From the NCBI GenBank assembly GCA_964016885.1, contig OZ024756.1, forward strand, positions 15,004,001 to 15,068,000: DNA of 64,000 nt, given 5' to 3'. The stretch comes from Eledone cirrhosa (Eukaryota). The notes beneath the pieces were generated by a model, which saw only the letters and a list, made by a program, of their open reading frames with translations, ran no database searches and was not told the DNA's origin. Positions within the stretch are counted from its first letter, which is position 1. Every line of letters starts with the position of its first letter. Positions 40,835 through 52,822 of the stretch are shown piece after piece. The position numbers were made by a program, and so were the translations under genes.

Positions 40835-41173
40835 TATCTACTCCAAATACTTGTCGAGTGCTTTATATCAGTTATAAAAATATTTACTTGTTGTATCCCA
40901 ACAATTTTAAATAGAACTTTTGCATATATATATATATATATATATATATTCACATATATATACCTATACATTCATATGTGTATATACATATATATCGATA
41001 TAAATGTATATACGTACGTATATATGCATATATACATATATATATAAGAAATAACATTTCGCTTCAAGCTTAGCTTTATACAATAGGTATAGAAATACGG
41101 TTTTAGGAAGCCGTAGGTATGCAAACACCGGGGTTATCGCCCTCTGGTGGTGTCCAGCAGAAGCAAGGGGGAC

Positions 41174-41219
41174 AACCGTCTATGCATTTCAGGCTTGACT
41201 GGCCTTCGTCAGGACGGTT
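41174..41219 (-). ncRNA. Canonical minimal type I hammerhead ribozyme in a retrozyme-like unit (41048-41450)
   Basis: AACCGTC-CTGACGA-AGGC cagtcaa GCCT-GAAA-TGCA-TA-GACGGTT. Stem I is extended by 41152-41167 pairing with 41230-41245. Confidence 0.85.
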
Positions 41220-41507
41220 CCACCCACCGCTTGCTACTGCTGGACTTGAAAACAGTCGAGAATATATAGTTTTCTCGTCTGTGTAAGTGAGCTGATTAAT
41301 CTCATTTGCATATGAAGCTGCATAAGTTGGCTCAACTAATAATTGAAAAGAAATAAGATGTCACTTCAAGCATAGCTTTATACAATATGTATAGAAATTT
41401 CGTATTTCTAAAGAAATACTGTTTTAGGAAGCTGTAGCTATGCAAACACATATTATATATATATATATGTAATAAATGTACACATAAATATATAAATATA
41501 CACATAA

Positions 41508-41546
<39 letters not shown>

Positions 41547-42128
41547 CATAAATATATATACATATATATATGTACATAAATATATATACATACATATATA
41601 TACATATATATACACATACATATATATATACATACATATATATATACATATACATATATATACACATACATATATATATACATACATATATATATACGTA
41701 TACATATATATATATATACACATACATGTGTATATACATATATATATATATATATATACACATACATATATATATATGTGTGTATATATATATATTTGCA
41801 TATATATATATATATATATGTTTATGTATGTATATACATGTATGCATGATGCACATATGTATATACAGACATGTATATAGATATATATACGTACATATAT
41901 ATGTATGTATACACTCTCACATGTGTATATATGCATACAAGCTGGCATTCATAGATAAGCAAAATGTAAAATAATAAGCCAAGAAGGAGGAAGGTCTCTC
42001 TAAAAGCGAACTTAAAATTATTTAACATGTCCGACAACAATCTGGAGAAACGCCGCTTGGAATGGAGTTAAATCTTTTGAAATGGAGATAGTAAAATATG
42101 TAGAACTGAAACGTGCGGAAGAATGAGA

Positions 42129-43218
42129 CCAACAGTAATAAGTGTTTATACTTTTGGCACAAGGCCAGCACATAACCTCTGTGTATTACTGGTACTTTAT
42201 TTTATCGACCCCGTAAGGATGAAAGATAAAGTTAACCTCGTCAGAATTTGAACTCAGATCATAAAGGGACGTAACTCCAACAGTAATAATTGTTTCTACT
42301 TTTGGCACAAGGCCAGCAAATAACCCCCGTGTATTACTGGTACTTTATTTTATCGACCCCGTAAGGATGAAGGATAAAGTTAAGCTCGTCAGAATTTGAA
42401 CTCAGATCATAAAGGGACGTAACTCCAACAGTAATAATTGTTTCTACTTTTGGCACAAGGCCAGCAAATAACCCCCGTGTATTACTGGTACTTTATTTTA
42501 TCGACCCCGTAAGGATGAAGGATAAAGTTAAGCTCGTCAGAATTTGAACTCAGATCATAAAGGGACGTAACTCCAACAGTAATAATTGTTTCTACTTTTG
42601 GCACAAGGCCAGCAATTAACCCCCCGTGTATTACTGGTACTTTATTTTATCGACCCGGTAAGGATGAAAGATAAAGTTAACCTCGTCAGAATTTGAACTC
42701 AGATCATAAAGGGACGTAACTCCAACAGTAATAATTGTTTCTACTTTTGGCACAAGGCCAGCAATTATCCCAGTGTATTACTGGTACTTTATTTTATCGA
42801 CTCCGTAAGGATGAAAGCCAAAGTTAACCTCCGCGGGATTTGAACTCAGACTAATAATTGTATCTACTTTTGGCACAAGGCCAGCAATTATCCCAGTACA
42901 TTACTGGTACTTTATTTTATCGACCCCGTAAGGATGAAAGGCGGGATTTGAACTCAGAATGGCAAAGGCCGTAACTCTATGCGTCAAAGCATGGTGTCCG
43001 ATCCTCTACCGATACTGCCAATCCACCCAGACTAATAATTGTTTCTACTTTAGGCACAAGGCCAGCAATTACCCAGTGCATTACTGGTACTTTATTTTAT
43101 CGACCCTGTAAGGATGAAAGGCAAAGTCAACCTCGGCGGGATTTGAACTCAGATCGTAAAGGGACGTAACTATGCTGGAAAGCATGGCGTCCGACCCTCT
43201 ACCGATACTGCCAATCCA
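42129..43218 (-). repeat. Head-to-tail array of seven SINE-derived units, the first four with a ~148-bp period
   Basis: The junction GGGACGTAACTCCAACAGTAATAATTGTTTC repeats at about 42277, 42425, 42573 and 42722. Confidence 0.9.
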
Positions 43219-43672
43219 ATGATACATCTTATCCAGCATTCGTTTTCAAATGTCCTGTGTATCCTAATGTGTGCCTTTCGAATGCTGACTTGAACTGACA
43301 CCAATGACCACATGATGGTAAAGTCCAAGTTGACTATTCCAGCTTTGTTGCAGAGAATCAGGTTCAGTGCCATGTTTGTCAGAAACTTTACAAATGGTGG
43401 ATTGTAGCAACATCTGAATACCACAGAATAAGCAAACCCAAAGTGGAAACAAGAAGGAAAAGAGACGTCATTGTATTTATTTTGCCTTTCATCCTTACGG
43501 GGTCGATAAAATAAAACACCAGTAATGCACGGGGGTAATTGCTGCTCTTGTGCCAAAATAAAATAAATATGCCTTATACTCTACTAACGTACTGAGTAGC
43601 TTGTTTAACTGTGGTTACCTCCCGATATACATAGGGAATCAAACTCTACCCTTCTCTCTCTTTATATATATA

Positions 43673-43845
43673 CAGTGAAATTCCGTTATAACGAAATTCA
43701 CAGAGTATAAAAAAATTCGTTGTAACGAAAAATTATTTATAACGAGATCGACCTAACACATAGAACGTGTGGCCGGGGATTGAAAAAATGTCGATGTACT
43801 GACAAATTCGTTATAATGGTATTCGTTATAAGGGAATTTTACCTA
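43673..43845. mobile_element. Tigger-like MITE; reverse-orientation sister at 56308-56495
   Basis: TA-CAGTGAAATTCCGTTATAACGAA...TTCGTTATAAGGGAATTTTACCTA. Confidence 0.75.
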
Positions 43846-43899
43846 TATATATTTCTATATATGTATGCATGGTCCTGTAACTCTGGGGGGTGCCGTATG

Positions 43900-44280
43900 C
43901 CAGGGCATCTTTAAACTTGGTGGAGCCCAGTTCTCTCCAGATCTGTATACAGTAGATTTCTTCCAGAGACGGCAAGAGAGAGTGAGAGAATGGAAACGAG
44001 AGAAATATATAGAGGAAGAATCGACCCCAGTATTAGACTGGTACTTTTTTATCGACCCCCAATGGATGAAAGGCGAAGTTGAACTCGGGGCGATTTGAAC
44101 AGATTCGTTAGAACGTGGGATAGAGTGCTTTGCGGTATTCGTTTCAGCTTTCTGGTCTCTTGTTCAAATCGCACTGAGTTCAACTTTGCCTTTCATCCAT
44201 TGGAGGTCGATAAAAAAAGTACCAGTCTAATACTGGGGTCGATTCTTCCTCTATATCCTTCTCTCGTTTCCATTCTCTCA
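43900..44280. mobile_element. Head-to-head inverted pair of a long-tailed SINE (arms 43983-44101 and 44161-44280)
   Basis: Same GCCTTTCATCC..GGTCGATAAA core with a different tail. Tail relatives lie at 44743-44915, 9750-9860 and 26410-26615. Confidence 0.75.
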
Positions 44281-44459
44281 TATATATATGACTTCATATA
44301 TATATAGAAGTGGTTACACAACAGTTAGTTCACCATACCGAGGACAATCACCTTAGGTGATCCTCAGCTCGTAATGGACATGGTTATACGGAACATGAAG
44401 GACAACCGTACGAACGCGCATGCGCAGAAACGATCACTTCACACCATATATATATATAT

Positions 44460-44730
44460 ATATCATCATCATCAGGTCGAGCTTGCTCAGCTTTCTACGA
44501 CACGCTTCCTCCATCCATTTCTGTCTCTCAGCGTTTGCCAGTTCTTCCGCAGTGCATCCAGTATCGTCCTCAAGTTGCTTGACGTATGTCTTCTTGGGAT
44601 GACCAGCGTGCGTTTCTTGCTCCATGAGATGGACTCCATAACAACACATCACCTGCTATTTCTTCCTTGCTGCGAAAAGCCTGGGGAGCATTGAATGCAA
44701 TGGAAGAGATATGGAAATCAAACCTGCCGG
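44460..44730 (-). mobile_element. RTE-type LINE 3' fragment with (GAT)n tail and inverted 5' piece
   Basis: Minus: GHPKKTYVKQLEDDTG...DLMMM. Plus 44655-44730: RKAWGALNAMEEIWKSNLP. Confidence 0.65.
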
Positions 44731-45177
44731 TCATCCATTCATGGTCGATTCTTCCTCTTTATTTATTTCTCACTTCCATATTCTCTCTCACTCTTTCTCT
44801 CTATTCTTCTCTGGAAGAAATCTGGTGTAGTCAAAGCTGGAGAGGAGATGGGCTCCGCCAGGTTTTAAAAATTGATCCAGAAACGCTGTATGTCACTGCG
44901 GCGCCCCCTTACGACTCCTTCGGGAGTTACGGGAACCATACATATTGTGGCTGTGCATCATTGAAACAATCGTATGGAGTGACAATATTTCATATCTATA
45001 ATCTACGGATGATTGTTGACTCAGCACAATTACTCATCATGCATTGTGTTCTATTTCAGTATGTCAATAATGGTGAAATTGGACTTTTATTCGAGCCAAG
45101 CAAAAGTATATATAGACACACATACAAACACACGTGTGTGTATATATATATATATATAGACACACATACAAACACAC

Positions 45178-45220
<43 letters not shown>

Positions 45221-45333
45221 TACAAACACACGTGTGTGTGTATATATATATATATATATAGACACACATACAAACACACGTGTGTGTATATATATATATA
45301 TAGAGACACATACAAACACACGTGTGTGTATAC

Positions 45334-45382
<49 letters not shown>

Positions 45383-45401
45383 GATATATGTAAGTGTGTA
45401 T

Positions 45402-45436
<35 letters not shown>

Positions 45437-45480
45437 CATATATTCAGTAAATAGGAATATTCCAAAGCTTGGTAGAACAA

Positions 45481-45542
<62 letters not shown>

Positions 45543-45714
45543 CAATTAAGTTAAAGATGTACATCTATATATGTATACTGAAATACTAGTATGTATATGA
45601 ATACACACACGTATAGGGGGATAGATGACTGTCTTAGTTTGTCATTTATGTCCGTTTTCCATGTGCACAATTCCTATATATATATATATATATATACGCA
45701 TATATATATATATA

Positions 45715-45762
<48 letters not shown>

Positions 45763-45784
45763 TATATATATATATATATATACG

Positions 45785-45847
<63 letters not shown>

Positions 45848-46042
45848 GTATATATATATATATATATATATATATACGTATATATATATATATATATATA
45901 TATATGCGTATATATATATATATATACGCATATATATATATATACATATATATTTAAATATATACGCATATATATATATATACATATATATTTAAATATA
46001 TACGCATATATATATATATGCGTATATATATATATATATATA

Positions 46043-46102
<60 letters not shown>

Positions 46103-46207
46103 TATATATATATATATATATACGCATATATATATATATATATATACGCATATATATATATATACGCATATATATATATATATATATATATACGCATATA
46201 TATATAT

Positions 46208-46240
<33 letters not shown>

Positions 46241-46393
46241 CGCATATATATATATATATACGCATATATATATATATATATATATACGTTTCTGAATTTG
46301 TTAACATGACCCTCCCAAAGTATAACAATATATATATACGCATATATATATATATATATACGCATATATATATATATATATATATATATACGC

Positions 46394-46431
<38 letters not shown>

Positions 46432-46789
46432 ATACATGTGTTTGTGTAAGTTTGTATATCTTCGTGTATGTTGTGCATGTGTGTGTATTTAGACAGATGT
46501 GTGTGTGTGTGTGTGTGTGCGTGTGTGATGTGACGTGTGTGTATGTGGGTGTGTGTGTTGCCTGGATAACATCTAATTAAATCGTCAATAAAGATGTTTC
46601 TGCGAAATATTTCTGGATGAGAAGTTAGAACCAATATGGATGACATTGAACATTTAGCCAACTTCCGACATATCACGTGACTACAGATACGTAATGATGA
46701 TGATGATGATGATGGCTGTATATTAGATTTAGATGAGGGCCGCAGCTACACACACCGCATACATTGATGTATACACATGCATGTGTGTG

Positions 46790-47376
46790 TGGAGAGAGAG
46801 AGATGTGTGCGTGAGTGTTGCTGTGTGTGGAGAGAAGAGAGAGAGAGAGCGACGTACCTATGAACGTGTGTGTGTGTGTGTGAAGGAGAGAGAGAGGGGG
46901 GAAGAGAGCCGTACCTTTGAATGTGTGTGAAGGAGAGAGAGAGGGGGGGAAGAGAGCCGTACCTTTGAATGTGTGTGTGTGTGTGTAGAAAGAGAGACGT
47001 ACCTATGAACGTGTGTGTGTGTGTGTGTGTGAAGGGGAGAGAGAGGGGGAAGAGAGCCATACCTTTGAATGTGTGTGAAGGAGAGAGAGAGGGGGGGAAG
47101 AGAGCCGTACCTTTGAATGTGTGTGTGTGTAGAGAGAGAGAGAGACGTACCTATGAACGTGTGTGCGTGTGTGTGAAGGAGAGAGAGAGGGGGGGAAGAG
47201 AGCCGTACCTTTGAATGTGTGTGTGTGTGTAGAGAGACGTACCTATGAACGTGTGTGCGTGTGTGTGAAGGAGAGAGAGAGGGGGGGGGGGAAGAGAGCC
47301 GTACCTATGAACGTGTGTGTGTGTGTGTGTGTGTGTGTGAAGGGGAGAGAGAGGGGGAAGAGAGCCATACCTTTGA

Positions 47377-47414
<38 letters not shown>

Positions 47415-47535
47415 AGACGTACCTATGAACGTGTGTGTGAAGAGAGGGAGAGAGGGAGAGAGAGACCGTACCTATGAACGCGTGTGTGTGGAGAGGGAGA
47501 GAGAGAGAGAGAGGAAGTGCCATGCTTATGAACGT
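46790..47535. repeat. Compound minisatellite (GAGAGCCGTACCTTTGAATGTGTG / GACGTACCTATGAACGTGTG)
   Basis: About 16 recurrences of GTACCTWTGAAYGTG separated by (GT)n/(GA)n. Confidence 0.85.
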
Positions 47536-47594
47536 GTGTGCTCGCTTGTGTTTGAATGTTTGTCTCTTGAAGGCATGACAATGTTGTATATATG

Positions 47595-47625
<31 letters not shown>

Positions 47626-48098
47626 ATTTTTATGTGCATATGTCTATCTCTATCTATACTCACATATGTATATATATATGTATAAACTTACATATGTATA
47701 CTTGCACATATTTACATATATGCATACATATATATCTACACACCTATATATTTACACACACACACATACATACATATTTACACACACACACATATATATA
47801 TATTTACATACACACACACACACATACATACATATTTACACACACACACACATACATACATATATATTTACATACACACACACACATACATATTTACACA
47901 CACATACATACATATTTACACACACACACATACATATATTTACACACACGCACAAATTAATAAATGACAAAACTACGATGTGAAAAACTGAAAAGAGATT
48001 ATTTTTTCTTGAAAATCAGAAATCCGTTCTTTTTATAGTTTCTTCGTCGTCGTGACGTTGTTTAAATAACTTCTCTCAAACATGCTCTCTCTCACACA

Positions 48099-48189
<91 letters not shown>

Positions 48190-49432
48190 GTAGTTATACG
48201 TACATACATATATATATATGTGTGTGTGTGTGCGCGTCTGTGTGTGTATTTGTGTATATATATATTTATATATGCGTGTAGGTATACATCTATATATATA
48301 TATATATATATTCACATATATGTATGTATGAATGTAGTATATACATGCATACATATATATATATATATATATGAAGATATATACATACACATATATATAT
48401 ATATATAATTGTTTCTACGTTTGGCACAAGGCCATACATATATATATAATATATATACATATATATTTATTTATTTATATATATAGTATCAACAGAGAGT
48501 ACACACAGTTAAATAAGACAAACAGACAGCTGCATGCTTACCTCGTCAGCCACATTGCGAGCATGCAATTTCGGACATTAAGGTGGTACTGCACTTTTAA
48601 TGGCAGATTGCACAGCAGATTGAAAAACGGCTCCGTTGGCGAGATGCATGCGTGACGATAGTTTATATAGAAATACTGTTACGTCTAAAGCTGTTCTTGT
48701 AACTTTCTATTTCAGAAGTTGTTGTCTGGGAGTGTTTAGCTCAATAGTTAAAACACTCAGTCAGAATTTGAGAGAAACGAAGTCAGATGCTTCATAGCGG
48801 ATTCTGACTACTTTTGCTGTACAATGTTTGTGTTGTTTTATGTCTATATCAACGGCGCCTTTTGTCAGATTTTTGTTTAACAATATTTCTGTCCACAGTG
48901 TTGTGCATATTTCAGAGATCACTTACATTTTAGCTGCCATATCGTTAGTGACCTTACTACACACACAAGCATGCAAATATCATCACACTTAATTTTTTTT
49001 TTGTTCAATCTTTGTATATAAGTCGACTAATCAAATTATTTGTTGTATTTTCATATACAGTTGTCTCCCGGTATTCGCGTGGGTTACGTTCCTAGAACAC
49101 TCACGAAGAGTGAAAAACCGCGAATATTAAACGTAGTCCATAAAAATGCCTATAAATGTCAAATTATAACGTAAAATATAATTTTAAAAAAAGAGGGAGC
49201 GTTTATTGCGAAGGGACGTCCAATAGACGGGCAAATACGGTATATTGTTATTAATAATTTAGCGTTAAAAAAATATATTTATTGCCACGAAAATAGCCAT
49301 AAAATAATTGCGGAAGATATTTACGATTCCGTGAATATGCGGTGGTTTCCACGAACAATTATTAGTTAGGTTCTAATGAAAATTCCGCGAATAACTGGGA
49401 CCGAAAATGCCAGGAGTACACTGTATATAGCA

Positions 49433-50549
49433 CACCGAGTCAGCACTATCATATATTTTGATCATATATTTGGCAGCCATTTCAAGCGAAAAACATGCAA
49501 ATATCATCCTTCTTCGCGGGAAAGGCTATTCCCAGTGCCAAATATCTGTACAAATGGCTGTATCTATGACTGGTGTTCAAAAAACACCCATAATGCAACA
49601 ACAGGCGCTCCTAACCCAAACAAGTGGCATGAAAGATCATGCATGATAAGTGTTCAAACAGATCATATGATATGCCAACTTGCAGTGTCAAATCCAACTG
49701 CTTCCAGCTGATATATCCAAGCCCAACTTCGTCAGGACACAATCATATCATCTACCAAACAATGACATTGTGTTTAAGGAGTTATACCTTTGGGCTTTTT
49801 AAGCCAGCTGCCAAGCCTCAACTTACAAATAAAAGCATCAATGACCGTCTGTTGTTCTGTAACACCATCACTGGGGTGAAGTAATGTTTAAAGATGAAAC
49901 ATTAATTAGACAACTTGCCCCTTATAATCACCATGTAAAAAGACCACTTAGACATAGTCAGAATTCTCTTTATGTCAAACCAACAGTTAAAAATCACAAT
50001 CATTGAAGGTCTGGGCATCAATAAGCATAAAGGGACGAGCTGCACTGACCATAATTCCAGCAGGAAAGACTGTAAATGTAAACATGTATTTGGAAATCAT
50101 ACGAGCAAAGGGCCCATTATGGATGGCGAGGCATGGTTGCAAGATATATCAACAAAATAATGCTCCTTGCCATAGGGCAAAAACCATTAACCAATTCTTT
50201 CAAAAATCTGGTGTTGAAGTGTCGCAAATTTGGCCAGGTTCAAGTCCTGACTTAAACCCAATTGAAAACTGTTGCAAATTGATGAATGACAAAGTTGCCA
50301 AGATAAATCCCAGCTCAAATACTCATTTACAAAAAAAAATTCTTATTGTATGGACACAACACATTACTCCTGAACATTGTGCCTCCTTGGAGGGATCAAT
50401 GCCTTGCAGTAATTGCTGCTAAAGGTCATCAAACAAAGTACTAATTAGGAATAGACAATTTGTAGCATAACTTTTTGTGTTGGATGTTTTTATCTAATAA
50501 TTGTACCTTGTTCAACATTAATCTAACCTAATTATTGAGGTGGTCACTG
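49433..50549 (+). mobile_element. Decayed Tc1-family transposon (DDE transposase pseudogene)
   Basis: VWASIS.KG, YQQNNAPCHRAK, WPGSSPDLNPIEN. The upstream part is frameshifted and TIRs were not resolved. Confidence 0.82.
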
Positions 50550-50653
50550 AATTATATACAACACTGTTGATAGCTTAATTTTTATGTGTTTGTCTATATA
50601 TATGTGTGTGTGTATGTGTGTGTATGTGTGTGTATATATATGTGTGTGTGTGT

Positions 50654-51245
50654 AGCAGATTTGGAAAGAAGGAAACAGGCTCTGAAGATGAGATGCTTCA
50701 GAAAGCTCCTTGGCAGCACCTACAGAGACCACATCTCCAATGAGGAGGTGCAAAACAGAATTTGGCAAACACTCAGGCCCTACGAAGACCTGTTGACCAT
50801 TGTAAAAAAAAACACAAATTGAGATGGTACAGGAATGTGATAAGATCTTCAGGGATTGCCAAGACGGTCCTGCATGGAACAGTACAAGGAGGAAGGAAGA
50901 GAGGCAGGCAGAAAAAGAGATGGGAGGACAACATCCCGGAATGGACAGGCATGAGGCCAGGTGCAACCATGAGGAAGTCAGAGCGGGAAGAGGAATGGAA
51001 GAAGCTGGTTACCAGGTCATCTGTGGCACCCCAACAGTCCACCAGTCTATGAGTTACCAGGTCATCTGTGGCACCCCAACAGTCCACCAGTCTATGGGTT
51101 ACCAGGTTATCTGTGGTACCCCAACAGTCCACCAGTCTATGGGTTACCAGGTCATCTGTGGTACCCCAACAGTTCACCAGTCTATGGGTTACTAGGTCAT
51201 CTGTGGCACCCCAACAGTCCAACCAGAGAGAACAGATGAGATGAT
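50654..51245 (+). mobile_element. RTE LINE 3' end with five tandem copies of a 45-bp terminal segment (51008-51220)
   Basis: MRCFRKLL..ISNEEV, KLRWY..TVLHGTVQGGRKRGRQKKRWEDNI. Unit GGTTACCAGGTCATCTGTGGCACCCCAACAGTCCACCAGTCTATG. Tail AGATGAGATGA. Confidence 0.85.
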
Positions 51246-51303
51246 ATATATATATATATATATATATGGGATGTGTGTATTTATATATACACATATATAT
51301 GGG

Positions 51304-51531
51304 TTAACCCTTTAATGTTCAAACCGGCCAAAACCAGCCAGAATTCTCTAACTCTCTCTGTTGAAACTGGCTGTAACTGGTCGCTCAAACTGATGTTAAG
51401 GTATTGTTCTCAAAATAAATACTTTTAAAATCTCATAGATTCAATATTATGTGAGATAATTATGCAAGATAAAGCCTTTACCATGAAAATATAATAGTAT
51501 ATATAGAGTAATGTGAATGCTAAAGGGTTAA
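51304..51531. mobile_element. piggyBac-like MITE (TTAA-CCCTTT...AAAGGG-TTAA); sisters at 54822-55107, 55398-55625 and 57169-57399
   Basis: TTAA target sites, CCCTTT termini and a shared interior CTGATGTTAAGGTATTGTTCTCAAAATA. Confidence 0.82.
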
Positions 51532-51949
51532 CATATCTTTAATGATGTGTTCAAATTTAATATATCTTCAATGTTGGGTTAACATGTATTTGCATATTTT
51601 ATTATGGGGCAACATACAGTATATCTTTATCACAGGTTAATATATCATTACTGGTGGGATAACATATATTTTTATTGGTGGTTTAACATATAATACATTT
51701 TTAATGGTAAGTTGAATTGTAAATATTTTAATGGGTTAACATAATATATCTTTGATGATGGGAGTAACATATAATACATTTTAGGGGTAAGTTGAATTGT
51801 AAATATTTTAATGGGTCAACATAATATATCTTTGATGATGGGGGTAAGATATAATACATTTTAGGGGTAAGTTGAATTGTAAATATTTTAATGGGTTAAC
51901 AATATATCTTTAATGATGAGGCACATTATACTGTTCTGTAGTTTGATGT

Positions 51950-52042
51950 TCAACAGATCACACAGGTTATACTGTTATGTAGTTTGACATTCATATCTTT
52001 GTCATTGAACTTGCTGCTGAGAGCCATGTACTGCTGTGATAA
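51950..52042 (-). CDS. KIF28: Probable last coding exon LSQQYMALSSKFNDKDMNVKLHNSITCVIC* (CaaX box)
   Basis: tctatgttgtag|TTA acceptor, phase 0, 30 codons then TGA. Ends in Cys-Val-Ile-Cys. Confidence 0.58.
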   Translation of the reverse strand, partial: LSQQYMALSSKFNDKDMNVKLHNSITCVIC

Positions 52043-52349
52043 CTACAACATAGACAGATATGAAAAAAATAGTCAGGTATAGTGTGTAGTAAACCATACA
52101 TGTGTGTTTGAAATGTTGGAATCCAAACACAAAGATTGCTATAATTCCAGCATTTCAAATCATCTAAGTGTCTTGATTATATATATATATATTTTAATGA
52201 TACAAAATAGCAGGAATGTTCAGATAAATCTAGTTGGACTAGCATTTCTACATCTTGTTCATTTGTAAGATAGTGAAACACGTGTTGATTACATAATAAA
52301 TGTTGATCCTCTAACTGTGATATTGTCATATTCATGTTACTTATTATAT

Positions 52350-52665
52350 TCATCATTTCATTTTACGTTCGCTTTTCCCTGCTTGCAAGGGTGGGACGGG
52401 AACTGATTCTGGCTTGATTTCTACAGCTGGATGCCCTTCCTAACACCAACTTCATTTACAGTGAGTGCTGGGTGCTTTTTTTGCCTTGGCACCTCCACGA
52501 CCACTTTGCAGTGGAATGATATGGACCTCAGTCCCTATCATCTCATTTCTACAGCTGAGTAAACTGGAGCAATGTGAAATAAAGTGTCTTGCTCAAGGAA
52601 ACAACACATCACCCGGTCTGAGAATTGAACTCACAACCTTTCGATTGCAAGGCCAATGCTCTAAG
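52350..52665 (-). mobile_element. CORE-like SINE with an RTE-derived tail; near-identical copy at 62368-62705
   Basis: Reverse B box GAATTGAACTC, core GAAATAAAGTGTCTTGCTCAAGG, tail TTTCTACAGCTGGATGCCCTTCCTAACACCAAC. Confidence 0.78.
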
Positions 52666-52822
52666 TTCAAATTCGTAAGGGTCCAGATTTGCTAAGGTGA
52701 AAAAAATACTAACTATGGACAATAGGATTTGCCAGACTCAATTTAAGAATAAATCAAGAAAATAAATACAAACTGGAATTGTGGTAACTAGCAATCACCC
52801 AGACAGGACTAGTTTTGGCTTG

